DNA of 64,000 bases from the human T2T-CHM13v2.0 reference genome, Homo sapiens. The notes beneath the pieces are model-generated. The model had not been told where the DNA came from, did not search any database, and saw only the letters and a list, made by a program, of their open reading frames with translations. The DNA lies in the NCBI RefSeq assembly GCF_009914755.1, contig NC_060926.1; one strand, written 5' to 3'. A program made the position numbers and the translations under genes. Positions 26,935-38,875 of the stretch are shown in pieces (within the stretch, counting starts at the first letter, position 1; each line of letters starts with the position of its first letter).

Positions 26935-27480
26935 TTCTACGTGCTGTCAGGACATGCTTTTTAATTTGTGGAAGTCACACACTGCAGATGTTGCCTTCCG
27001 GGTTGCTGGTAGGATCACCATGACAAAGGCGCTGCCTCATCTATAAATAGACGGTCAGATTGATTTCACATCCTGCCCTGGTTCTTCCGACTGCTTGATG
27101 GGCGTGACAACACAATCGATGAGTGATCCCATCCACTCTGCCTGCACAGGCCTCGCCTGCACTGTCTTCTGGAAGATGACAATCAGGCTCATTAAATCCA
27201 GCACAAAGAAGCTTCAAAGACGTTTGTCCTATCAGAGAAATTGAGCCTGAGTCCTTTGCCATTGCATCAAAAGGAATTGAGATTTAATCAGCCATCCCGT
27301 CCAAACCTATTGCTAGTAAGACAGTTTGGATCTTTCCTTTGCCTGTTTGGATCGATGTTAACTGGAACTTCAATGGCCAGAGCTGATGTCCGTTCCAGCC
27401 CAGGTATAAAAAAGCTATTCAACTGGACATTGATAGGTTTCCATTGTAAGTGTTGCTTTAATGTATTTGAGGTACCTGGA
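26935..27480. promoter_or_regulatory. Candidate conserved distal enhancer
   Basis: No recognisable repeat; 12 CpGs in about 450 bp; MEF2 CTATAAATAG (27041-27050), ETS CTTCCGG (26995-27001), E-box CAGATG (26985), several SOX/TCF and TGACA sites. Confidence 0.6.
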
Positions 27481-27836
27481 ACTGTGGCTTGAAAAACTAA
27501 CTCTGAGTCCTGCCACAGAAATTCTTGACCTTGGGCAAGTCATTTAACTACCCTGAGCCCCAGTGTTTCCTTCCTACTGTGCTTAGGAGCATAGATTATG
27601 CACTGGGTCAAAGCCTCTGCAAACTTGAGAGTCTCTAAAAGTCAGTGCCCTCATATATGAATATAAACAACAGTAGCATGTCCCTCAGAAGTTGCTATGA
27701 GCATTACATAAAAGGAATGCCTTGTCCATGGCTTCCTGGTCATATGATGGCGAGAATGATGACAAACTAATCATTCAGTGTATGAATAGAAAAAAACAGT
27801 TAAATCGTAATTTTAGAAATATTAAGGTGACAGCTC

Positions 27837-27859
27837 TTATTATTATTATTATTGTTATT
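27837..27859. repeat. (TTA)n microsatellite
   Basis: ttattattattattattgttatt. Confidence 0.8.
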
Positions 27860-30229
27860 AGAAATATTTAGAGTGCTTAGTCAAGGTGTCTATTAATATG
27901 TATTCATTCATTTAATTAGCATGTATTATGGACATATTATGCAATTGAGCTACTTATAAAACCAGAAACAACTTTTGTCTATTATAACAAAGATCAAGAA
28001 TCACATACTGATTTCTGGTTTTGCATAGACCAGTTCCACAGTGATCTGCGAAGTTTCACCCCTACATAGATGGTCAGATTCAATGCCATTTCTCATGCTG
28101 GCCTTCAAAGCTGACACGCTTGTGAACAAGAAAGAGCAGGTCTGAGGGCCTAAAGGCAACTTTGAAATTTCTTTGTTAAGTATGTGGAATTCAAAGTTTT
28201 TTCCAGTTAAACTTAACCCTATTCTTGCGAGGGAAGTCTCCATTTATTTGAAGATTTCTTTAATGCTCTGCCATTGTTTTAATACCATGCTTGTTTTGCA
28301 CTTTAGAATAGTATATAAAAAGTCACAGCAAACCCAACACGTCTATGTAAAAGCCAGTGATGGAACTGGAGTCCCATTTAGGGCAGGAAACTCTTGTCTC
28401 TAACTAGAAACTCAGCAAATACATGTACTGTCACCTCCCCAGGTGATGAAACCTGAGCCCCAGAGTAGAGTGTGCTGGGCTGTACACAGCCCAGCTCTGA
28501 ATCCAGATCTTAAGAGGCTGTCTGTGTTGTGCTAACCTCCTTCCTCCCTGATGGCAATGCGGAGCCAGGCAGAGGATAGAGGAAGACAGAAATATGATTG
28601 GATTTGCATGTTATTATAGAAGACACTTAGGACCGATTTTGCATTTTTACTTTGCTATGGTGCTGAGAGGTTTTCTGTATCTATCTCAGAATGTTATCCC
28701 GGCTATGCAAGTCACCTGAGTCAAAGAACTGGTTTGGCAAAACCCGATAACCAGATCAGCCTGAGGTTTTCATTTGTAGCTGGATTGACTTAGGGATGGG
28801 GTAGATAACTCCCGGATGTGGAAAAAGTCCAAACTCTCACTTATGAAGAAATGTCCTTCTCCTAGATGTAACACCTTTCATTCCCCAAAGGATTTAAGCT
28901 TCCAGTGCTGAGACCCTTGGGTGGAGAACTGCTTTTAGGAGTGAGTCTTCAGCATCAGTTCCTTTCTGTTCCTAATTTTTTGAGGGTGGTGTTGGAGGAA
29001 CCCATGGGCGGGGAGATGAATAGCAGAGGGCAGCCTGAAAACAGAGGGAGAGGAGGCTTGGAAAGACCAAGACAAATTAAGTAAGTTATATTTAGCAAGG
29101 GAGAAAGCAATATTTGTACTTTGTATCAGAGGCTATATTACCCCTTTCTCTCCAACATTATTTAATCTTTTAATTTTCACAGCATTCTATTAGAAAGTCA
29201 TTACTATAATCCCCATTTTCAGATGACAAATGGAGACTCAGTGAAGTTCTGTAGCTGGCCAAGGTCACAGGATTACTAAAAAGCAGAGCTGCAGGAGTCC
29301 AGCTCTGCCAGATCCCAAAGCCCCTGATCTCCACTCCACCTCATGCATCCAGGGGTGATACTGTTTGGGTGGGTGGGGACAGTAATCCCTGAAATGCCCT
29401 TTCTTTTCATATCTGCCATCCAGAGGAAATTCTTCCTCTGAACCAGCCCCAGATCCTCTGTTCAGCCTCCCTGTAGCTTCAAGCTGTTCTCCCTCCCTGT
29501 CCCCTGGATTCTGGTATCACATGTCTATATCACACACTGCAGATAGTCCAACCCCCACAGTTTAGGGGGGTATCTCATTGTATTTCAAGCAAAAACCTGA
29601 TTTCATGTGCATCTTATGCCTTTTTCTTGACTGGTGAATATCTTGTCCACATAAAGTGCTCAATAAATCCTGCTCTGGATACTGGCAGATGTGGATAATT
29701 AATGCTAAGGAAACCAAACAGCAGCTCTGTGAATTTCTGTGACCAAGATACTGATCGTTGTCTGAACTGACTTGCAAACAGGGTTCATCCAGGCACACAC
29801 ACCCCTGGGCCATGTTCGCACAACTCTTCCATTTGCATTACCTTCTCTCCTGCAGAGAAATAGTAGATTACCCATTGCCAATGAATGGAGCTCATTCTGT
29901 TCTTGCTCATGGGAAAGTAAAAAAATCTCACTCATTTAGAATGTGGCTTCCAGAAGAAGGAGGTGATGTGAAGGTTGCAGTAATCCCAGAACCAGGCAGA
30001 TGGGTGAACAGGACTGAACTCACTGTATGTTGTGCTGCTATGGCACACAGTGGATTTTCCACAACAACTTAGTCTAGATACTGGGAATTTTCTGTTTATG
30101 GCTGCAATTTCTCATATTTGTGGGATTGTACTATGTTGAATTACAAGGATGAAGTGAGATGGAGGAAAATATCATTTATTATGAATAGAGGATATCTAAT
30201 TCAGTCCTTTGTTCACATTCACTCTTTTA

Positions 30230-30570
30230 TATCATTTAAAAAATACATTATATGAATATGCCCTAGCTCTTGTATTTTTTATTCTTCACCTGTTAATGAA
30301 CATTTGGGTTATTTCCAGGTTTTGGTTATTTTGAGTAACACTGCTTTAAAAATTCATGTAGAACTATTTGTGTGAACATATGTTTTTATTTGTCTTGAGT
30401 AAAACAGAAGTAGAATTGTTGAGTCACACGATAAGTAGATTTAACATTATAAAATCTGCCAAACATTTTTCCAAAGGTCTTATGCCATTTTACACTCTCA
30501 CCAGCAGTGTATGAATTCCAGTTGCTCTATGTCCTCATCAACACTTACTATATTGCTAGTAATTTTAGCA
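30230..30570 (-). mobile_element. L1ME-like fragment
   Basis: ttcacctgttaatgaacatttgggttatttccaggtttttgg, ccattttacactctcaccagcagtgtatga. Confidence 0.65.
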
Positions 30571-30672
30571 CAGGCCAATCCGGTTGACATGCAACTTCGC
30601 AATAATCAAAGAGCAGCCATCACCACCCTACATCTTCAGAAACACAAAACTGACCCAGAAAAAGACAACTGG

Positions 30673-32981
30673 TGATATGGTTTGGCTGTGTCCTCAGCCA
30701 AGTCTTACCTTGAATTGTAATAATCCCCATGTGTCAAGAGTGGGACTGGGTGGAGATAATTGAATCATGGGTGCAGTATTCCCATGCTGTTCTTGTGATA
30801 GAGAGTGAGTTCCCACAAGATCTGATGATCTTATACGAGGCTTCCTCCTTCGCTCAACACTCATTATCTCTGCTGCTGCCCTGTGAAGAGGTGTCTTCCA
30901 CCATGAATGTAAGTTTCCTGAGGCCTCCCCAGCCATGCTGAACTGTGAGGCAATTAATCCTCTTTCCTTTATAAATTACCCAGTCTTGGACAGTTATTTA
31001 TATAACAGCAGCATGAGAACAGACTAATACAGTAAATTAGTACTGCAGAGAGAGGAGTGCTGCTATAAATATACCCAAAAATGTAGAAGTAACTCTGGTT
31101 CTGGGTAATAGGCAGAGGTCTGAACAGTTTGGAGAGTTCAGAAGAAGACAGGAAAACTTTGGGAAAGTTTGGAACTTCCTAGGGACTTAGAAGGCTCAGA
31201 AGACAGGAAGATATGGAAAAGTTTGGAACTTCCTAGAGACTCGTTGAATAGCTTTGACCAAAATGCTGATAGTGATATGGACAATGAAGTCCAGGCTGAG
31301 GTGGTCTCAGATGAAAATAAGGAACTTGTTGGGAACTGGAGTAAAGGTCACTCTTGCTATGCTTTAGCAGAGACTGGTGGCATTTTGTCCCTGCCTTAGA
31401 GATCTGTGGAACTTTGAACTTGAGAGAGATGATTTGCAGTAGCTGGGAGAAGAAATTTCTAAGTGGCAAGTCGTTCAAGATGAAGCAGAGCAAAAAGTTT
31501 GGGAAATTTGCAGCCTGACAATGTGACAGAAAAGAAAAACCCATTTTCTGGGGAGAAATTCAAGCCAGCTGAAGAAATTTGCATAAGTAACAAGGAGGAA
31601 TGTTAATCACCAAGACAATGGGGAAAATGCCTCCAGGGCATACCAGAGACCTTTGTGACAGCCCCTCCTATCACAGGCCTGGAGGCCTAGGAGGGAAAAT
31701 GGTTTTCTGGGCCAGGTCCAGGGCCCCACTGCTGTGTGCAGCCTCCGGACTTAGTGCTCTGCATCCCAGCCATTCCAGTCGTGGCTAACAGAGGCCAAAG
31801 TACAGCTCAGGCCAGTGCTTCAGAGGGTGCTAGCCTCAAGCCTTGGCAGCTTCCACATGGTGTTGGGCCTTAAGGGGCAAAGAAGTCAAGAATTAAGGTT
31901 CATGAATCTTCGCCTAGATTTCGGAAGATGTATGGAAACTCCTGGATGTCCAGACAGAAGTTTGCTGCAGGGGCAGAGCCCTCATGAAGAACCTCTGTGA
32001 GGGCAGTGCAGGAGGGAAATATGGGTGGGATCCCCTACGTAGAGTCTCCACTAGGACACTATCTAGTGGAGCTGTGAGAAGAGGACCACTGTCCTCCAGA
32101 CCCCAAATGGTAGATCCACTGACAGCTTGCACACTGTACCTGCAAAAGCTGCAGACATTCAATGACAGCCCATGGAAGCAGCTAGGAAGGGGGCTGTACC
32201 CTGCAAAGCCACAGGGGCAGAATTGCCCAAGGCTGTTGGAGCCCACCTCTTGAATCAGTGTAACCTGGATGTGAGACAAGGAGTCAAAGGAGATCATTTT
32301 GGAATTTTAAGGTATAATGACTACCCTATTGGATTTTGGACTTGCATAGGGCCTGCAGCCCCTTTGTTGTGGTCAATTTCTCCCATTTGGAACAGGTGTA
32401 TTTACTCAATACCTGTATCCCCATTGTATTTGGGAAGTAACAAACTTGCTTTTGATCTTCCAGGCTCATAGGCAGAATGGACTTGCCTTGTGTCAGATGA
32501 GACTTTAGACTTGGACTTTTGGATTAATGCAGGAATGAGTTAACACTTTGGGGGACTGTTGGGAAGGCATGATTGTGTTTTGAAATGTGAGAGCATGAGA
32601 TGTGGGAGGGTCCATGGGGGAAAATGATATGGTTTGGCTCTGTGTCCCCAGCCAAATCTCACCTTGAATTATAATAATCTCCATGTGTCAAGAGTAGGAC
32701 CTGGTGGAGATAATTGAATCATGGGGGTAGCATTCCCCATGCTGTTCTTGTGATAGAGAGTGAGTTCTCATGAGACCTGATGGTTTTATAAGAGGCTTCC
32801 CCCTTTGCTTGGCATGCATTCTCTCTCCTGCTGCCCTGTGAAGAGGTGCCTTCCACCATGATTACAAGTTCCATGAGGCCTCCCCAGCCATGGTAAACTG
32901 TGAGCCAATGAACCTCTTTCCTTTATAAATTACCCAGTCTCAGGTGTATCTTTATTAACAGCATGAGAAAGGACTAATACA
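30673..32981 (+). mobile_element. Full-length THE1C-type MaLR provirus (5' LTR 30673-31031, internal 31032-32624, 3' LTR 32625-32981)
   Basis: Both LTRs tgatatggtttggct...gactaataca; THE1-int motifs (ggaaagtttggaacttcctag, gtggagctgtgagaagagg, gatgagactttagac); perfect 5-bp TSD actgg at 30668-30672 and 32982-32986. Confidence 0.95.
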
Positions 32982-33903
32982 ACTGGCAAAAAGGAGTTCA
33001 CATTGTAAATAGACAACTAAACATTTAGCACTTTTCTACCTAATTTTGCTTCTGGCAAGAGCATGAGCTGTAGATTTCAGTCCTGGCCCTGCCTCTTACC
33101 AGCTTCATGGCCGTAGGCAAGTTAGTTAGCCACTCTGAGCCTTGCTTTTCTTATCCTTAAAAAGATGCAGTTATACCCACACTAATGGATTGTTGAGAGA
33201 ATTACATTTTATAAAAAAGTAAATAGAAGGATGTGTATAGAGGATTCAACAAATAAGAGGAGTAGTAATTATTTTTATTATTTCCATGTCCAGTAGGATT
33301 TAAAAAAAAGTGTTACTCTTTGCAGGTAGTTCAAAGACTATTTGGAAGGACAGAGAGGCAGACAGGCCATGCAGGTGAGGTCAAAATCAGTACCTCCTTC
33401 TGAGACTCCTCAGAAGGAAGGACTACTTTAATCAGTCAGGACTCAAGGCAGCAGGGCTGCTGTTGGGGGAGGGAGGGAAGAGCGAGGAGGCTTCTCAGAG
33501 AAAGTAATGCCTGAGCAAAGCTATGGGACAGTGAGCATCACTGAGCTGTTACATGGTTTAGAGGCAGAGTTTTAAATCCTTTTAGAGTAGGTCTCCTTTC
33601 TAGGGAATAAAATGTAAGACATGAGATTCAGATTCTTGTGGATTTGGTTTTCTTTATTAATGGTGCCTAATGGCCTGTAATTAAGGCACAACTTGTTAGC
33701 TAAACCAACAATTACCATTTGTTTGAAGTGCAAAAAGAGAATAATGAATGGTCTTATTCAGCAGTTTTTCCCTTCTTTAATGGTTTGAGCAAGAGTTGGT
33801 TTTCAATCTCTCTCTTCTTCTCACTCTCTCCTTACCCCCTCACTTTACCTTCTCTTCCTTCCTGTTTTTCTTCCTCACTCCCTACATCCTTCACTCCACC
33901 CAG

Positions 33904-33934
33904 ACACACACACACACACACACACATACACACA
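33904..33934. repeat. (CA)n microsatellite
   Basis: acacacacacacacacacacacatacacaca. Confidence 0.9.
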
Positions 33935-34231
33935 GTGGAATTCCTCAGCTTTTATATAAATTGGCTCTCTTTTTAAGCATTTGGGGAGTATTTCCCATCA
34001 TTTAAACTTATTTCACAGCTTTCGTTACCACTCGACCTTTGCCCCAACACCTGATGTCAGTTTAAAATGAGTTCCCAACTGGAGGCAGATGAGGCTGGGT
34101 GGGAAGGATGGAAAAGCCAAGTGGGCCTGGTATGGCTTGGTTAGAGGCAGGGCTGCTCTGATGCTCAGCTCAGTTCTAGTATGAGATGGATTTTCTGTTT
34201 GAGAGAACCATTGCTGCTGTAACATAGGCAG

Positions 34232-34235
<4 letters not shown>

Positions 34236-34263
<28 letters not shown>
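34236..34263. repeat. (GA)n microsatellite
   Basis: About 14 GA units. Confidence 0.9.
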
Positions 34264-34547
34264 TACTGAGACTTGGGGTAGTATCTTTGGAGACAAACAC
34301 ATCTGATTCAAATCCTGGATCTGGCCCTTATTTACTCTCAGTGGTGAGTTTTTAACCCCTCTTTCATTTTTCTTACCTTTAAAATGAGATTATAGATACA
34401 TATACACACATACTCATACATATATGCGTGTTTATGTATGTATGTATGTATATGAAGACTTTACCAGAATTGAATGAAATATAAAATTCCACAGTATGAT
34501 GCCTGCCACATAGTGTCTCATATATTTTAATAGCTATTACTTATTTT

Positions 34548-34940
34548 TATGAGCTAATTCGTCCCCACCCCAAAATTCATATGATGAAGTCCTCAGCCCC
34601 AATATGACTGTATTTGGAGATAGGGGCTTTAAGGAGGTAATTAAGGTGGTCATAAGGGTGGGGGGCCCTATTCTGATAGGATTGATGTCTTTATAAGAAG
34701 AGGCAGAGACACCAGAAGTGTCTCTTTTTCTCTCTGTGTATGCACAGGACAAAGACCATGTGAGGACACAGTGAGAAGGCAGCCATCTGCAAGCCAGGAA
34801 GAGGCCCTCACCAGAAACCAAATATGTTGGCGACTTAATCATAGATTTTTAGCCTCCACCACTGTGAGATAATAAATGCCTTTTGTTTAGGGCTCCCAGT
34901 CTCTGGTGTTTTGTTATTCAGCATGAGCTGACTAAAATAC
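34548..34940 (+). mobile_element. MLT1A0-type MaLR LTR
   Basis: ccccaaaattcatatgatgaagtcc..tgactgtatttggagataggggctttaaggaggtaattaagg..ccatgtgaggacacagtgagaaggcagccatctgcaagccagg. Confidence 0.85.
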
Positions 34941-35199
34941 TTATTAAGTGTCACCTCTTTTTTTTACCTCAAGCACCTCAGAGTGACTCCTATGGGACAA
35001 AGGACAGAAAGCCTCATCATGAAATGAGTGGGGAAGGGTCTGGATTTTAGAGGATGAGGCGCTCACTACTCAGAACATTCACCCATGAAGTCCCTCTCAC
35101 CCTTGCTGGTCCCAGAGACCCTTAGCTCTAGCTTTGTCTAACTCTTCACAGTTTTGAGGTAATGCACAAAAACAGATGCACACAGAAGAGGTAAACCTC

Positions 35200-36130
35200 T
35201 GTGTTCATCATTCTTGCATTGCTATAACGAAATACCTGAGACTGGGTAATTTATAAAGAAACGAGGTTTAATTGGCTCACAGTTCCACAGGCTGTACAGG
35301 AAGCATTGTGCTGGCATTTGCTTGGCTTCTGGGGAGACCTTGGGAAACTTACAATCACGGTAGAAGGCAAAGGGGAAGTCCACACATCACATGGCTGGAG
35401 CAGGAGCAAGAGAGAGAGAATGGGAGGTGTATTAGTCAGGATTCTCTAGAAGGACAGAACTAATAGGATAGATGTATATATAAGGGGGAGTTTATTAATT
35501 AGTATTGACACACATGATCACAAGGTGAAGTTCCACAATAGGCCATCTGCAAACTGAGGAGCAAGGAAGCCAGTCCAAGTCCCCAAACCTCAAAACTAGG
35601 AGAGCTAATAGTGCAGCCTTCAGTCTGTGGTCAAAGGTCCAAGAGTCCCAAAGCTGAAGAACTTGAAGTTTGATGTTCAAGGGCAGGAAGCATCCATCAC
35701 AGAAGAAAGATGAAGGTAAAAAGACTCAGTCAGTCTAGGTCTTCCACGTTCCTCTGTCTGCTTTTATCTTAGCTGAGCTAGCAGCTGACTAGATGGTGCC
35801 CACCAGATTGAGGGTGGGTCTGCCTCTCCCAGTCCACTGACTCACATGTTAATCTCCTTTGGCAACACCCTCACAGACACACCTAGGAACAATACTTTGC
35901 ATCCTTCAATCCAATCAAGTTGACACTCAATGTTAACCATCATGGGAGGTGCTGCACAGTTTTAAACAACCAGATATCAGGATAACTCACTCACTATCAT
36001 GAGGACAGTACCAAGGGAGATGGTGCTAGACCATTTATGAAAAATCACCTCCCACCAAGCCTCACCTCCAACATTGGAGGTTACAATTTGACATGATATT
36101 TGGGCAGGAACACGGATGCAAACCATATCA
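35200..36130 (-). mobile_element. MSTB-type MaLR LTR split by MLT2A1
   Basis: cattgctataacgaaatacctgagactgggtaatttataaagaaa..ggctcacagttcc; resumes after 35944 (tttaaacaaccagat) and ends caaaccatatca. Confidence 0.85.
35428..35944 (-). mobile_element. MLT2A1 (HERV-L) solo LTR
   Basis: Reverse-complement homologue of 14892-15405; perfect TSD ggagg at 35423-35427 and 35945-35949. Confidence 0.92.
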
Positions 36131-37994
36131 TCTCTCGTCTCCAACTTACATGAAAACCATTTTTTTTTCCAGATTAGGTGTGCTCCAGATTACCTGAAGA
36201 ATTTCAAAGTGTGTCCATGGTTTCCCAAGGCAGAGGCGTATGTTTTTACATAGAGGGCTTCAGTGAGTCTATAATAACAGAAAGACTGAGGAGACAGGAT
36301 TTTTTTTTAAGGTTAAATGAATTAATACTGTGGAAGCCAATGGTGGCAGTGTGTAAGGAAGACAGAACTGTGCAAAGTCAGTAATCAAACATGATTAAAT
36401 CATGCTGCTGCAGACAACTGTTCCCCAGAGTTAGAAAACCAAGCTAAAAATATGACTTCGTAACATTCTGCACCTCCGGTGCACTCATTGCACAGTCTAT
36501 AGCTGCAGATAAAATTCTACCACGACAAACTTAAGGGTGGTAAAAACGACACCCCCTGCCATTTCATGTTGTGCAATTGCAGGTTAAGGCTTAGCATAGA
36601 CCAGAACAAAAAAGAGCCATATGCAGATTCTTCATACACGGAGTCCCTTCTTTGCCCCTCTCTCACATAGATCATAAGGGGAAATGAAAATAGCCTGGTA
36701 TATAAGATTAACTTCTCTGGGTCCAATTTTTAAAATCTGCCAATGTATAAGCTAGCCTATTGCTCCTCAGAACTTAGCTTTCTCTTCTGTTAAGTCAAAC
36801 TGATAATATATATCTCTCATGCATTAGGATTAAGTGAAAATATTACCTATGAAGTCTGTAGAAAACTTCCTCTCACATGAAATCTGCTCGGAAATGGTCT
36901 GGTTTCTTCCTTGTCTCATGACATTACTGTATTTGTTCAACATTCAGGGAGAGAGCAGAATGCAAATGCATAGGTCTTGAAGTCAGAAGATTGCTTGACA
37001 AAATGACCATAGGAAAGACTTCAAGCCTTTCTGGGTTTAGAGTTCTTCATCTGTACAATGGAAATGATGTTCCCTATGCTTTTTCGGCTTGTATTTCATT
37101 TAAGTTTAAATGGGAGAGCTGGAAAATGTTCATACTATAAAGCAGTATACCAATGGTTGGTAAGGAAAGGGCTTTCAGTTGGGAGCACGCTACATCTCAG
37201 AATCATCTCTACATTAATAGCATAAAATTCAAATCCTCTAATATGAAAGATGAGAAGTTCTAGGAGAGAATCGGGTATGGTAGCAGGCATGTATTTTTAC
37301 TGAAAATAGTTACTTTCCCAGGTAATACTGAAATTTCCTTCTCAGTGAGAACTATCTCAGTGAACAAAGATATATTTGTGAAATATAAACAACGGTGCTA
37401 TCACTAATTTCAAGTCTTCTGCATATATTATTTGGTAAATTATAAAGTAGAAGTTATTGTCCCTATATTTAAGATAAAAATATTTTTAAAGCTATGCAAC
37501 TATTTTAAGAGAAGATGAATTGATATCATGGAACTTGAATTCAGAACCAGGCTTGTCTCACTGGACCCATCCTAACTCTGTGTCCCTTAGAGCATCTTGT
37601 AGTCCATTAACTGATCTCAAAGGCCAAAGGCTCAGGGTGGAGGCTCAAGTTTTACTCCACAGACAATATAGACCTATTTCTTTGATCATAACGTTATGAG
37701 TAACAGAGCAATAATGAAATATTAAAGGAAACTTAAGGAGATCAGGGCATAACCTAAAACTTGTGAGATCAGTGTCTAAAAACTGCCCTAGAAACACATC
37801 AGTAGTATTCTGTAGGATTGTATATGGGTGGGAGATGCATTATATAAATTACATAAATCATGAAATATAACTTAAAATTAATTATTTACCAATTTAAATA
37901 CCACTCTTAGTAAGCAATAGAAAAATTAAAATCAAAGATAAACTATAAGAATCATCTCATGGAGAAACTCACAAATGAATACTCTGGAAAGTCA

Positions 37995-38875
37995 TCACAG
38001 ATGGCCGTAAAGAATTCTACCCCTCCTTGGACATACATCTTACTGTTCTTATCAAGGGTGGAGTCAGTTTCCTCTTTTCTCGAGTCTTGACTGGCTGATG
38101 ACTTGTTGTAACTAATATAAAAATGGCAGAAATGACCATGTGGTCTTCCAGGCTTAGCCTTTTAGAGTTATGGAAGATGGTTCTTTTGCCTTCTTGACAA
38201 CCAGCTGTCTTGCAAAGAAAATCCAAGCCATCCTGCAGAAGAGAGGTTACGTGAAGAAAGCTGTGAGGATGAGAAACCATAAGGGGAGAGGGTTCACATG
38301 GACAATAGAGATGCCCTAGCTGACAGTTAGCCCCAAAGCCCCAGACAGCTGAGAGAAACCAGCCACCAAATGAATGCAAAACCACTTGAATGGCCATAGC
38401 AGATGCCACTGTGTGCTATGTTGTAAATGTTTGTGTTTCCCTCAAAATTCATATATTAAAACCTAATCCCTAACATGATCGTATAAAGATGTGAGGTCTT
38501 TGGAAGGTGATTAGGCCAAATGAGATTCATGCTGTTATAAAATAAGTCTCTGAGCTGTCTTGCCCCTTTCACCATGTGAGGACACAGTATGAAGGCGCCA
38601 TCTGTGAAGCAGAGGGGGAGCCCTCACTAGACACCAAATCTACTGGTACTATGATCTTGGACTTCCCAGCCTCTAGTGTTCTAAGAAATAAATTTCTGGT
38701 ATTATAAGTTACCCAGTTTAAAATGTTTTGTTATAGCAGCCTGAAAAGATCAAGACACTGTATGGAACACAAGAGCCACATAATCAATCTACACCATGAT
38801 CAGAAAAAGTAAATTATTGCTGTTTTAAACTATGGAGTTTTGGGGTAGTTTGTTATATAGAAAAAGTGACTAAAG
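37995..38875 (+). mobile_element. Old MLT1 (H/I-like) LTR split by a younger MaLR LTR
   Basis: atcaagggtggagtc..tgacttgttg..aatggcagaaatgac; 3' end tgctgttttaaac..gttttggggtagtttgttat. Confidence 0.6.
38414..38757 (+). mobile_element. MLT1A0/MSTD-type LTR
   Basis: tgctatg..ctcaaaattcatatattaaaacctaatccc...gatcttggacttcccagcctc...ttttgttatagcagcctgaa..aagaca; TSD ctgtg/ctgta. Confidence 0.8.

Noticed and set aside
26950-26959. p53 half-site GGACATGCTT
   Set aside because: No adjacent second half-site
19744-29037. Identical 16-mer agcagagggcagcctg at 19744 and 29022, CTCF-like
   Set aside because: One 16-mer match is expected by chance in 64 kb, and both lack the CC at the start of the CTCF core
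31140-31240. About 50-bp tandem duplication (gaagacagg..aagtttggaacttcctag) inside THE1-int
   Set aside because: As I recall it is part of the THE1C/D internal consensus, so it is not locus-specific
31169-32471. Cluster of ORFs in the THE1 internal region
   Set aside because: Broken fragments of the degenerate MaLR internal ORF in different frames
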